Notes: a model not told the origin generated them from the sequence alone. A DNA stretch of 46,164 bases from Candidatus Acetocimmeria pyornia (GCA_004367365.1 SESX01000002.1:1-46164), one strand, 5' to 3'. Numbered from the stretch's first letter, positions 1 to 8,961 are shown. Program-made: numbers and translations.

Positions 1-1
1 G

Positions 2-964
2 GTACTCGATGAGATCACCTCCGAGTACGAAGCAAGGCTCCTGGAGCGGGGACGGGTTCAGGTGGAGGAGGTCCGGATTACGGAGAGGGTTGGCTTCGAA
101 ACTGGGACCGCGGCACCGGAGGAGGTCCGGGCTGTTGCTGAAGCGAAGCGAATCCTGCTGCGGGGTACCGATAAGGTGATCATTCACACCGTCAAGGAGG
201 GGGATTCCCTTTGGGCCATCGCCAGCGAGAGGGACATGACGGTGGAGGAGATCCGGAAGGCCAATCCCCAGTTGAAATCAGACCTGATCCGGCCCGGAGA
301 TCAACTTGACCTTGTGGTTCCTGACCCCTACATCAACATCCAGAGTACAGAGGTTTACACGTATACCCGTTCCATTCCCTACCGAACCAAGGTCATCAAG
401 GACGAATCGTTATGGCCCTGGCAGAGGGTGGTTAGGCAGGCAGGAAAATACGGCTCTAAGGAGATCACGGTTCGCATCCTGCGGGAAAACGGCCGTGAGA
501 TAAGCCGGACCACCATTGAAGAACGCGTGACAGCTGAACCGGTAACCAGGGTTGTTGTCCAGGGAACCAGGGAGATTCCCCAGCGAGGTACCGGTACCTT
601 CATCTGGCCCATGCTGGGAAGGATCACCTCAGAATTCGGGTGGCGTTGGGGGCGGCTGCACGAGGGGATTGATATCGCGGCTCCTAGTGGTACCTCGGTA
701 AAGGCGGCTGATAGCGGTACCGTGACCTTTGCCGGGTGGGATGGTGGCTATGGTTACGTGGTTCGAATCGACCACGGGGGTGGAATTGTGACGGTTTACG
801 GTCATCTCTCCAGTTTCCTGGTCAGTCCAGGGGACGTGGTCAAAAAGGGAGAGGTAATTGCCCGGAGTGGGAACACCGGGCGTTCCACTGGCCCTCACTT
901 GCACTTTGAAGTCAGGGTAAACGGTAAACCACAAGACCCCATAAGATACTACCCCGCTGACTAG
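2..964 (+). CDS. LysM + G5 + M23 (LytM-type) peptidoglycan endopeptidase, 5' end outside window
   Basis: The frame of ORF 62..964 stays open back to base 2. LysM-like segment VKEGDSLWAIASERDMTVEEIRKANPQL, a G5-like middle segment, and M23 zinc motifs HEGIDIAAP and GNTGRSTGPHLHFEV. Confidence 0.85.
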   Translation, partial: VLDEITSEYEARLLERGRVQVEEVRITERVGFETGTAAPEEVRAVAEAKRILLRGTDKVIIHTVKEGDSLWAIASERDMTVEEIRKANPQLKSDLIRPGDQLDLVVPDPYINIQSTEVYTYTRSIPYRTKVIKDESLWPWQRVVRQAGKYGSKEITVRILRENGREISRTTIEERVTAEPVTRVVVQGTREIPQRGTGTFIWPMLGRITSEFGWRWGRLHEGIDIAAPSGTSVKAADSGTVTFAGWDGGYGYVVRIDHGGGIVTVYGHLSSFLVSPGDVVKKGEVIARSGNTGRSTGPHLHFEVRVNGKPQDPIRYYPAD

Positions 965-1250
965 TGCTCCATGGCGGCACCACGGAGGATGAAAATCAGT
1001 AACCAGCTGGTTGTTGGAATGTACATCAGGGGTGGCAACCAACGGGCAGGCGCGGGCTTCCTGGGCGGCGGGCAGCGAAGGAGTTCAAGAACCGCAGGCG
1101 GCAGAGGATCAGCCGCAGCCACCGCGAGTTTGTGGCTGCGGCCCGGAGCCGGCGAGGTTCATGACAACTGTACGGTGAGCGTGACGCCGCGAAGGAAGGC
1201 CGGCGCCGCACGGACATTTTCGTGCTAGCACCGGTATAAAGATGTAAAGA
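961..1250 (-). repeat. Split, inverted copy of an intergenic repeat family (head and tail cores shared with 9112-9186 and 20672-21040)
   Basis: 1178-1208 is the reverse complement of 20953-20983 with 30/31 identity (cggcgccggYcttccttcgcggcgtcacgct). The reverse complement of 961-1010 (ctggttactgattttcatcctccgtggtgccgccatggagcactag) matches 9121-9186. Confidence 0.6.
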
Positions 1251-1264
1251 ACTTTTAAAGGCCC

Positions 1265-1281
1265 TGTAATACGCCTGTAAC
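1265..1281 (+). promoter_or_regulatory. Perfect match to the WalR/YycF direct-repeat consensus TGTWAH-N5-TGTWAH
   Basis: TGTAAT acgcc TGTAAC read directly. It lies 10 nt upstream of an extended -10 (TGgTATATT, 1289-1297) and about 1.3 kb upstream of walR. Confidence 0.45.
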
Positions 1282-1303
1282 AATCCGCTGGTATATTAAA
1301 AAC

Positions 1304-1381
1304 CAGTAAAGACCAAGGGCCAGACCTAAAAAGTTAACTGACCCCCTCTTAAGATGTGTGGCGCGAGCCACACATTTTTTT
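1304..1381 (+). ncRNA. Candidate small RNA (about 78 nt) defined by the promoter-like element at 1289-1297 and the terminator at 1354-1381
   Basis: Extended -10 TGgTATATT, no plausible ORF or RBS, a C-rich anti-SD-like stretch ACCCCCTCTT (1341-1350), then a strong intrinsic terminator. The 5' end is inferred only. Confidence 0.25.
1354..1381 (+). terminator. Rho-independent terminator
   Basis: Stem atgtgtggc / gccacacat with loop gcga, followed by a 7-T run. Confidence 0.8.
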
Positions 1382-1515
1382 GCCGCGCGAGAGCGCGCGC
1401 ACGAGGCTTGGAGTAAAACCCCTGTACCAACAATCAACGGACCACAAAACCATGATTGAAAAAAGGTTTCCTATCTTGTGCCAGGCGCGAAGGTACCGAG
1501 GCCGCTAGATTGTTA

Positions 1516-1535
1516 TGTAAACTATATGCTATAAT
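1516..1535 (+). promoter_or_regulatory. Extended -10 promoter (TGcTATAAT, 1527-1535) overlapped by a one-mismatch WalR-like repeat (TGTAAA ctata TGCTAT, 1516-1532)
   Basis: Motifs read directly. They lie about 60 nt upstream of the 1595 start codon of the first gene of the apparent walRK operon. Confidence 0.45.
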
Positions 1536-1594
1536 TGGATTATAAGTAAGTATGTAAGGGAGTATGTTTAGGCCTTACCAGGGGAGTGTTCTTC

Positions 1595-2497
1595 ATGTTA
1601 AAAACAATAGCTCCAAAAAACTGGGGCTTTATTATTCTGGTCAGCCTTCTGACCCTGGCTTTTCTTTATTCTTACCTTTTCCTCCACTTTTACAACCCCC
1701 ACCTACCCCTCAGGTTCTATGTATACCGGATCATCAGGGAAGGTGCCAGGGCCCTGGCGCTTTCGACGGCAGGCCCGGAAGAGGGTTACCTCACACTGAG
1801 GAGTGATCCCTTTGTGGTCCGCTACCAGCTTGAGGACAGGGAGGCGGCCTCCCTGGTCTTAGAAGTGGCCCACGAGGTTTACGGGTTGGTTGCCCGGGAT
1901 TTAGGGTTCAAGCCTACCAGTACCGTCGATATCATTCTCCACCCCGACCGGGAAGCAATGAGGAACAGTTTTGGCTGGGCTCAGGGGGAAAATGCCCTGG
2001 GCGCCTACCACCGGGGTGTGATCCGGATTCTTTCACCCAGGGCCTGGATCGACGAGGACAAGCCCGAGTTGATCGCGAAGGTGTTTCGCTACACCGGTCC
2101 CACCGTCCATGAACTTACCCACCTGGTTCTCGATTACGCCACCAGCGGGAACTACCCATACTGGTTCAGTGAAGGCCTGGCACAGTACGAAGAGTACCGC
2201 CTGACGGGCTTTGTCTGGGTCGAGCCTGAATCAAACCTGAAACAGCCCCTCTACACCCTGGAAGAACTGGAGGAACAGTTTGTACGCCTTCCGAACCAAT
2301 CCCTGGCTTACCGCCAGGCATTCACCCTGGTTTGTTTTCTGGCTGAATCTTACGGGGATGAAGCCCTGCGCCAGCTTGTGGCCAGGCTGGGAGAGGGAAA
2401 ACCGATGCCTGAAGCCCTGCAGCTGGTCACCGGCATTGACTACGGAGACCTGGAGCTGCGCTGGTTGGAATGGTTGGAAGAGCAGGGGTACCGGTGA
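1595..2497 (+). CDS. Membrane-anchored HEXXH (peptidase MA-like) zinc metalloprotease family protein
   Basis: ATG at 1595 sits 8 nt after GGGGAG. N-terminal TM helix (WGFIILVSLLTLAFLYSYLF). HELTH motif followed by FSEGLAQYEE (third-ligand Glu region). The ORF track start 1586 is a GTG inside the RBS. Confidence 0.75.
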   Translation: MLKTIAPKNWGFIILVSLLTLAFLYSYLFLHFYNPHLPLRFYVYRIIREGARALALSTAGPEEGYLTLRSDPFVVRYQLEDREAASLVLEVAHEVYGLVARDLGFKPTSTVDIILHPDREAMRNSFGWAQGENALGAYHRGVIRILSPRAWIDEDKPELIAKVFRYTGPTVHELTHLVLDYATSGNYPYWFSEGLAQYEEYRLTGFVWVEPESNLKQPLYTLEELEEQFVRLPNQSLAYRQAFTLVCFLAESYGDEALRQLVARLGEGKPMPEALQLVTGIDYGDLELRWLEWLEEQGYR

Positions 2498-2596
2498 ACC
2501 CTGCAGAGGATTTGGAGGTCCGAGGTCGAAAACGGTACTCACGGGGATTCGGTCCTGGGGGATTTTTCAGGGAAAACTCGAACCGGCAGGTGACCG

Positions 2597-3310
2597 ATGA
2601 TGGTGGGCAAGATCCTCGTTGTCGACGACGAGAAACCCATTGCTGAGATCATCAAGTACAACCTGGAAAAAGAAGGCTTTCAGGTGGTCATGGCATATGA
2701 CGGCGAAGAAGCCCTGGAAACTGCAGCCCGGGTTCAGCCTGATGCGGTCATTCTGGACATTATGCTGCCCAAGTGCGACGGCTACACCGTCTGTAGGACC
2801 CTGAGACGGGATTCCATGGTTCCGATCCTGATGCTCACCGCCAGGGATGACGAGGTGGATAAGGTTCTCGGCCTTGAGATTGGAGCTGATGACTATGTTA
2901 CCAAGCCCTTCAGTCCGCGGGAACTGGTGGCCCGTATCAAGGCCCTGCTCCGCCGGGCACAGGTTGGCAGCAGCGGCCTCCCGGGGGCCAAAACCATCAG
3001 GCGGGGGAACCTGGTCCTGAACCCGTCCACTTACGAGTGTTTTAAGCGGGAAAAACGGGTCGAGCTGTCGGTGCGTGAGTTTGAGCTCCTTCGCTTTCTG
3101 GCCTCTAATCCCGGTCGCGTCTTCTCCAGGGAGATGCTCCTCGAGGAGGTCTGGGGTTATGAGTTCTACGGTGATATCCGCACGGTGGATGTCACCATCC
3201 GCCGGCTTAGAGAGAAGATCGAGGACCACCCCAGTGCTCCAGAACTCATCCTTACCAAGCGTGGGGTTGGCTACTACTTTACCGCCGGGGACCACCGGCC
3301 GGGGGATTGA
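2597..3310 (+). CDS. walR: OmpR-family response regulator, WalR/YycF-like
   Basis: Receiver domain (ILVVDDEKPI, DAVILDIMLP, KPF) plus winged-helix C-terminus (RTVDVTIRRLREKIE). Followed by walK, yycH and yycI. Confidence 0.9.
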   Translation: MMVGKILVVDDEKPIAEIIKYNLEKEGFQVVMAYDGEEALETAARVQPDAVILDIMLPKCDGYTVCRTLRRDSMVPILMLTARDDEVDKVLGLEIGADDYVTKPFSPRELVARIKALLRRAQVGSSGLPGAKTIRRGNLVLNPSTYECFKREKRVELSVREFELLRFLASNPGRVFSREMLLEEVWGYEFYGDIRTVDVTIRRLREKIEDHPSAPELILTKRGVGYYFTAGDHRPGD

Positions 3311-5139
3311 CCATGCTCAAGAGCATTCAATGGAAAATGGTGGTGATTTATTTCCTCCTTATTCTCCTGGCGATGGAGGTAATCGGTGTTTACCTTTCCC
3401 AATCCCTCGAACGCTACTACCTGCACAGTTTCTCCTCCAGCCTTGAGTCTCAAGCCCAGCTCATGGCCGGTTTCCTGGAGCGGTACATGCGGCAGGCTCC
3501 GGACGGGCCCCGGGTTGACAGCCTGGTGCAGGAGTTCAGCCGGCAGGCCGGGCTGGATATCGTCATTGTTGACAAGATGGCCGCAGTCATTGGGGCCTCG
3601 ACCTCGGCGGACGCCAGGAAAGGGGAAAGATACATCCGGCCTGAGATCACCAGGGCCCTGGCCGGCGGGCAGTCTAAAGCCATCAGAACCGACGGGGAGT
3701 CTGGTGAACGCCGGCTGCATCTTAGTGTACCCATCAGCTCCGGAGGTCAAATCCTGGGAGCGGTTTACCTCACAGCCTCCCTGGAGAAAACCTATCGTAC
3801 CCTGGGTGATATCAAGGTCATTCTCCTCAGTGCCACCTCCCTAGCCCTGGCCCTGACCAGCATTCTCGCCCTGGCCCTGGCAAGAACCATTACCACCCCG
3901 ATCCGGGAGCTGACTTCCCGGGCAGCGCGGATGGCAGCAGGTGATTTTGAAGAACGCATCGAGCTTCATTCCCAGGATGAAATTGGACAGCTTGGGGCGA
4001 TGTTCAACTACCTTACCGAACGCCTCAAGAACACCCTTGGTGAAATGTCCCGCGAAAAGAGCCGCATGGAAGCCATCCTCACCCACATGGCCGATGGGAT
4101 TGTGGCCGTAGACTCTAGTCAACGGGTCTTGATCGTGAACCCGGCGGCTGCGCGGATGCTCAACACGACCCCTGAAAAGGCGGCAGCTGCTCCCGAGGAG
4201 TTCCTTGCCCAGACCGGACTTGCCCAGGTGATCAAACAGTCCCAGGCCGGCGAGGTTCCGTCCAGTGGTCGCCTGGAGCTCAGCAAGCCTCCCCGGGTCA
4301 TCAGGACCCAGCTGGCCTCCCTCGGGAACCAACGGGGTGACAAGGCAGGAGTGGTGGTGGTTCTTCAGGATGTGACCGAGCAGGAAAGACTGGAGAAGCT
4401 GCGCAAGGATTTTGTAGCCAATGTCTCCCACGAGCTTCGCACCCCGCTGACCACCATGAAAAGCTACCTGGAAACCCTCCTGGATGGGGCGGTGGACGAT
4501 CCAGGTCTGGCCCGGCGTTTTCTCGGGGTGGCCCTGGCGGAGACCGACCGGATGATCCGCTTGGTGCGGGAGCTCCTGAGCCTGAGCCGGCTGGATTTCC
4601 AGCGCGGCAAAGCGGTGTTGCGGGCCATCGACTGGTGCGAGTTCGTGAGGGGAACCGTGGACAAACTCCGGGTCCCGGCCGAAAAAAAGGATTTGAGTGT
4701 CGTGACCCGGATTCCGGCCAGGTGTTCCCTGGTCAGGGTGGACCCGGACCAAATGGAACAGGTCCTCCAGAATATTATTGGTAATGCCATTGAGTTTACG
4801 CCTGCCGGAGGACGGGTTGAGGTCTCCGTTGACCTGCAGGATGGTTACCTGCGGACTGTGGTTTCAGATACCGGTATTGGGATTCCACGGGAAGACCTGC
4901 CCCGGATTTTTGAACGGTTTTACCGGGTGGATAAGGCTCGGTCGCGCAGCCTGGGCGGAACGGGTCTCGGCCTTTCCATCGCGAGGGAGATCGTGGAAGC
5001 CCACGGCGGGGCCATCAAGATTGAGAGTGCACTTAACCGCGGGACCCGTGTGACCTTTACTGTTCCGCAAGGGACAAAAGGGCCTGTGGACGGTCGCAGC
5101 CAGAAAAGGATGCCTCTGAAGCGAGGTGAACCCAGATGA
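3307..5139 (+). CDS. walK: Sensor histidine kinase WalK/YycG-like (2 TM, extracytoplasmic domain, HAMP, PAS, HisKA, HATPase)
   Basis: H-box SHELRTPLT, N/G boxes (NAIEFTP, DTGIGI, GGTGLGLSI), HAMP after TM2. 4-nt overlap with walR (alternative ATG at 3313). Confidence 0.9.
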   Translation: MTMLKSIQWKMVVIYFLLILLAMEVIGVYLSQSLERYYLHSFSSSLESQAQLMAGFLERYMRQAPDGPRVDSLVQEFSRQAGLDIVIVDKMAAVIGASTSADARKGERYIRPEITRALAGGQSKAIRTDGESGERRLHLSVPISSGGQILGAVYLTASLEKTYRTLGDIKVILLSATSLALALTSILALALARTITTPIRELTSRAARMAAGDFEERIELHSQDEIGQLGAMFNYLTERLKNTLGEMSREKSRMEAILTHMADGIVAVDSSQRVLIVNPAAARMLNTTPEKAAAAPEEFLAQTGLAQVIKQSQAGEVPSSGRLELSKPPRVIRTQLASLGNQRGDKAGVVVVLQDVTEQERLEKLRKDFVANVSHELRTPLTTMKSYLETLLDGAVDDPGLARRFLGVALAETDRMIRLVRELLSLSRLDFQRGKAVLRAIDWCEFVRGTVDKLRVPAEKKDLSVVTRIPARCSLVRVDPDQMEQVLQNIIGNAIEFTPAGGRVEVSVDLQDGYLRTVVSDTGIGIPREDLPRIFERFYRVDKARSRSLGGTGLGLSIAREIVEAHGGAIKIESALNRGTRVTFTVPQGTKGPVDGRSQKRMPLKRGEPR

Positions 5140-6563
5140 AGGAGACCATCAAGAGCATTGCCCTCTTTTTTCTGGTTACCTTGAGCCTGACCCTTACCAG
5201 CTGGTTATGGCTTGGCATCCCGCGCGGAACAGGTGAGGTTGCCAGGGCCTACGAAACCGGAAGGGAGCGCGTGGAAACGCGGACCCTGGCAGACCTCACC
5301 GGCCCCCGCCAGGTTGTCATCTCCACGGGCGGTGAAAAACACTTCCTCGTACGGCCCGATTCAGACCTCTACCACCGGATCTGGCTCGAGGCGAGGTCAG
5401 CCCTGCGCGCCATCGATGGTCTCGAGATGGAAAATACCATACAAGAAGAGGTGTCGCGCCGCGAAAAGGTCCAAGAGGAGCCAGGCCCTGGGGAAGAGGT
5501 CAAGCCACGGCCCCGCATGGAACTGGTCCTGGCGGCAAGTCTCCCGGCTGACCTCTGGCTGCGCCTGTGGGAAATCGAGGGTCTGAAGGAGCAAGCCGGC
5601 CGTTCACTTATGATGGATAGGGTTGTCCTTGTTTTTGGTGAGAACACCGAGGTCTACTTTGTGGACCAGGGCGCCCAAACCTACGGCCGGGCCCAAGTGG
5701 TCGGTGGTGCTCTTGCCCTCCGCAGTCTGATGAGCAGTTTAACCTCCGAGGACCTGGTCCCGGCCAGGGCCCTTCCCAACCGGTTGGGTCATCTCCAACC
5801 CGAGGCCGGTCTCTACGTGCCAGAGCACCCTCTTTTAAGCTCCCGGGTTCTGCTGGACCCGGAGTGGACCAACCCAGAGGAGACCGCCGAGAGGTTTTTC
5901 CTGGACCTTTCCTTTGTGCGGAGAATCGACGAGAAGGACGGGGCCATCATCTATACTGACGGGAAACGCGGGTTAAGGCTTTATCCCAATGGTGTTCTCG
6001 AATTCAATGTCCCCCAAGTGTCTGGTGACCGCCCCCAGGTGGCACCGGTGGGAGCCCTGGAAGCCGCCATCACTTTCATCGCCCGCCACGGGGGATGGCC
6101 TGACAACTGCTACCTTTCTTCTTTCACCGGCAGGCCGTTTGCCCTCCTCGATCCGGCCCGGCACCAGGGGCGCGCGGGTTCTAGGTATGAGATTGCTTTT
6201 TCGTACCGGTACCGTGGTCTTCCTGTTATCTACCCGGGGGATATGAAAGGCGCCATGACCACGGTGGTCATGGGAGGCGAGGTTGAAACCTATTCCAGGC
6301 TTGTACTGAAACCACGGGAAGAAGAAGGACCATCCCAGCTGCCCCTTCTCGGGGTGGAGGAAGCGCTGGCAGCAGTGGATGCCGAGATTGCCTCGGGGAA
6401 CGGAGCAGGAGAAGAAATTACCGTGACCGATGTTTACCTGGCCTACCAGGTCACTCCCGCCCAGGCTGAAACCAGGTGGCTTCTAAACCCGGTATGGGTT
6501 TTCGAAACCGTACGGGGAAGGTTTGTGGTGGATGCCCTGACCGGAGAGGTCACCAAGGGGTAA
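5136..6563 (+). CDS. yycH: YycH-like regulator of WalK
   Basis: ATGA overlap with walK. N-terminus MKETIKSIALFFLVTLSLTLTSWLW resembles the YycH signal-anchor. Size (475 aa) and position fit. Confidence 0.75.
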   Translation: MKETIKSIALFFLVTLSLTLTSWLWLGIPRGTGEVARAYETGRERVETRTLADLTGPRQVVISTGGEKHFLVRPDSDLYHRIWLEARSALRAIDGLEMENTIQEEVSRREKVQEEPGPGEEVKPRPRMELVLAASLPADLWLRLWEIEGLKEQAGRSLMMDRVVLVFGENTEVYFVDQGAQTYGRAQVVGGALALRSLMSSLTSEDLVPARALPNRLGHLQPEAGLYVPEHPLLSSRVLLDPEWTNPEETAERFFLDLSFVRRIDEKDGAIIYTDGKRGLRLYPNGVLEFNVPQVSGDRPQVAPVGALEAAITFIARHGGWPDNCYLSSFTGRPFALLDPARHQGRAGSRYEIAFSYRYRGLPVIYPGDMKGAMTTVVMGGEVETYSRLVLKPREEEGPSQLPLLGVEEALAAVDAEIASGNGAGEEITVTDVYLAYQVTPAQAETRWLLNPVWVFETVRGRFVVDALTGEVTKG

Positions 6564-6595
6564 AGGGACGAGTTTTCTTGACAAACGGAAAGGCG

Positions 6596-7429
6596 GTGGG
6601 TACAGTGGACTGGCCCCGGGCCAAGACGATCCTCATCACAGCCTTCGCACTGCTCAATGCTTTCTTGATCTACCGGGTCTGGGAGGTTATCAACCTCGAC
6701 GAGTCTCACTACTTACCGGTGACAGTGGAGCAGATTCGGGAAGTGAGTGAAGAACTGGCCGCAGAAGGGATTGAGCTGGCCGCACCTGTACCCAGAAAGG
6801 CCCCGCCGATGGCTTTTCTTGTCCTGGCCCACGCCGGACCCGAAAAGCAAGGCCAGGAACCAGGCCCAGGGAAGGAAGGAGAAAAGCCGGACCAGACAGC
6901 TGGGGGGACCCAGGGCAAGGGTCAAGCTCCCGGTACCCTCAACGCCAACACTGCCCGGCGTTTAGCTGAGGGTTTCATTGAGACCAAGGGCGGATTTCCG
7001 CCGGCGTCCCGTTTCGACGGGGTTGTTTTCCTGGAGGCAGAAGGCCTCTACCTTGTCCGGTACTACCAAGAATTCGACGGCTGGCCGGTGTTCGGAGGTA
7101 GAATCGAGGTTAAACTATCAACCGACGGCAGGGTGGTTGATTTTCAGCGCACATGGCTTAAACCATTGGGCTACAGTGGTCCCAGGAAGGGCATCATCCC
7201 GGCCACAGAAGCCCTGGGCCGGTTGAATGCCTTGCTGAAAAGCCGAGACAGTGGGGAGAAGGCCAGGCCTGGTGCCGGATGGGTGATCCGGGAGATCGAC
7301 CTCGGCTACTACAGCCGGATCTATGATGCCAACCAGTGGGAAGCCCCTCCCGTGTGGCGGATCCGGATGGAGGGAGGGGACACCTTTTATGTCAATGCCT
7401 ACACAGGTGAAAGGGAGCCGTCGGAATGA
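6596..7429 (+). CDS. yycI: YycI-like regulator of WalK
   Basis: GTG at 6596 after GGAAAGG. N-terminus VGTVDWPRAKTILITAFALLNAFLIY resembles the YycI start (DW..K...I.FL.LN.FL). The longer ORF start 6476 would overlap yycH by 88 nt. Confidence 0.7.
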   Translation: MGTVDWPRAKTILITAFALLNAFLIYRVWEVINLDESHYLPVTVEQIREVSEELAAEGIELAAPVPRKAPPMAFLVLAHAGPEKQGQEPGPGKEGEKPDQTAGGTQGKGQAPGTLNANTARRLAEGFIETKGGFPPASRFDGVVFLEAEGLYLVRYYQEFDGWPVFGGRIEVKLSTDGRVVDFQRTWLKPLGYSGPRKGIIPATEALGRLNALLKSRDSGEKARPGAGWVIREIDLGYYSRIYDANQWEAPPVWRIRMEGGDTFYVNAYTGEREPSE

Positions 7430-7710
7430 GCCTTGCTCCCTAGGCCTGGGGACTGAAGGGTTTTCCAGCTCTGAGCAGGTTCTGGCACGACACGGTGGTA
7501 CAGTATGGTCGTATCATTGGGGGTAGCTACCAGTGAAAAGGTCGATTGCACTGCGTACTGGGCGGCAGGAGATGCACAACCCCCGGAGAATTAAACATAA
7601 TGTCACTAACGGGTAACAACCCGTCTCTTTGCCTGGCTTCACGGCAGGTGGTAGGACGGGTTGAACGGTAGGAAGGCTCAACTACCACGGAGGGAGCGGG
7701 GAGGAAAACG

Positions 7711-8961
7711 GTGTCAAAATTGGTCATTACAGGGGGGCAGCGCCTGGAAGGCAGAGTAGCCGTCAGTGGGCGGAAGAACGCGGCGGTAGCCATGATCCCG
7801 GCAGCCCTTCTTGCCGAAGGGACGAGTACCATTGAAAACCTCCCGGACATTCAGGATGTCCGGGTTTACCAGGATATCGTGCAGCACCTGGGCGTGCAGA
7901 TGGAAAGACGCGAGGACGGGGTCATGGAAATTAATCCGGCTGGTTTTTCCTGTACCCAGCCCCCGCACTCCCTGGTCAAGAAGCTTCGCGCTTCGTACTA
8001 TCTCCTGGGGGTTTTACTGGCTAAGTTTGGTGAAGCTGAGGTGGCCATGCCCGGTGGCTGTGACATCGGTGTCAGGCCCATAGACCAGCACATTAAGGGC
8101 TTCGAGGCCCTGGGGGTGGAGATTTCCATCGAACACGGGGTCATTAAGGCCAAGGCCCGGGAACTGCGTGGGGCATCAGTATACCTGGATGTTGTTAGTG
8201 TCGGGGCCACCATCAACCTGATGCTGGTGGCTACCATGGCTAAAGGGACCACGATCATCGAGAACGCTGCCAAGGAGCCTCACGTGGTGGACCTGGCGAC
8301 CTGCTTGAACACCATGGGAGCGGAAATTCGCGGGGCCGGGACCGATATTATCAGGATCCGTGGGGTTAAGGAACTTCACGGTTGCAACCATGCCATTATC
8401 CCGGACGAGATCGAGGCCGCGACCTTCATGATCGCAGCGGCGGCGACCGGAGGCGACATTGTGGTTGAGAACGTGATCCCCAAACACCTAGACCCGGTCA
8501 CAGCCAAGCTCCGTGAGACTGGGGCCGAGGTCGAGGAAAACGGCGACTACCTCCGGGTCCGCGGGAACGGGCGGCCCCGGGCGGTTAATGTGAAGACCCT
8601 TCCGTACCCGGGTTTTCCCACTGATGCCCAGCAGCCGATGACAGCCTTTTTATCTATTGCTGACGGCACCAGTTTTGTGACAGAGACCGTGTGGGAGGGC
8701 CGGTTCAAGCACGTGGACGAACTCAGGAGAATGGGCAGCAAAGTCAAGGTAGAGGGCCGAACGGCCATCATTGAAGGAGTGGAGGGCTTGACAGGGGCCC
8801 AGGTACAGGCAACGGACCTCAGGGCTGGTGCTGCTTTGATTATTGCCGGCCTCATGGCCGAAGGGAAAACCGAAATCTGTGGCATCGAACACGTGGACCG
8901 GGGCTACGAGAGACCGGAAGAAAAGTTTCGTTCCCTCGGGGCCGTCATGGAAAGGGTTTAA
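7711..8961 (+). CDS. murA: UDP-N-acetylglucosamine 1-carboxyvinyltransferase
   Basis: Full-length MurA-like sequence (KLVITGGQRLEGRVAVSGRKNAAV ... PGGCDIGVRPIDQH with catalytic Cys ... FPTDAQQ). RBS GGAGGGAGCGGGGAGG upstream. Confidence 0.95.
   Translation: MSKLVITGGQRLEGRVAVSGRKNAAVAMIPAALLAEGTSTIENLPDIQDVRVYQDIVQHLGVQMERREDGVMEINPAGFSCTQPPHSLVKKLRASYYLLGVLLAKFGEAEVAMPGGCDIGVRPIDQHIKGFEALGVEISIEHGVIKAKARELRGASVYLDVVSVGATINLMLVATMAKGTTIIENAAKEPHVVDLATCLNTMGAEIRGAGTDIIRIRGVKELHGCNHAIIPDEIEAATFMIAAAATGGDIVVENVIPKHLDPVTAKLRETGAEVEENGDYLRVRGNGRPRAVNVKTLPYPGFPTDAQQPMTAFLSIADGTSFVTETVWEGRFKHVDELRRMGSKVKVEGRTAIIEGVEGLTGAQVQATDLRAGAALIIAGLMAEGKTEICGIEHVDRGYERPEEKFRSLGAVMERV

Noticed and set aside
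761-780. GTGGTTCGAATCGACCAC, a tRNA T-arm-like hairpin.
   Set aside because: It is inside the M23 peptidase coding frame (GYVVRIDHG) and there is no acceptor, D or anticodon arm around it.
971-1283. ORFs 971-1228 (+) and 1026-1283 (-) in the region after the M23 peptidase gene.
   Set aside because: The translations are Arg/Ala/Gly-rich and there is no RBS at a proper spacing (GGAGG abuts the ATG at 989). The region is better explained as a repeat copy.
1287-1320. Hairpin CTGGT-atattaaaa-ACCAG plus an A-rich tail, reminiscent of a preQ1-I aptamer.
   Set aside because: The loop lacks the conserved C/U recognition nucleotides. No P2 pairing with the tail is possible. No queuosine genes are nearby. 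The hairpin overlaps the predicted -10 element.
7430-7710. 280-nt spacer before murA, with a hairpin acgggt-aaca-acccgt + ctctttg and a stem gtggtag/ctaccac. Considered as a riboswitch or attenuator.
   Set aside because: No known motif was recognised, the stems are short, and no clear promoter was found. The evidence is too weak to report as a feature.
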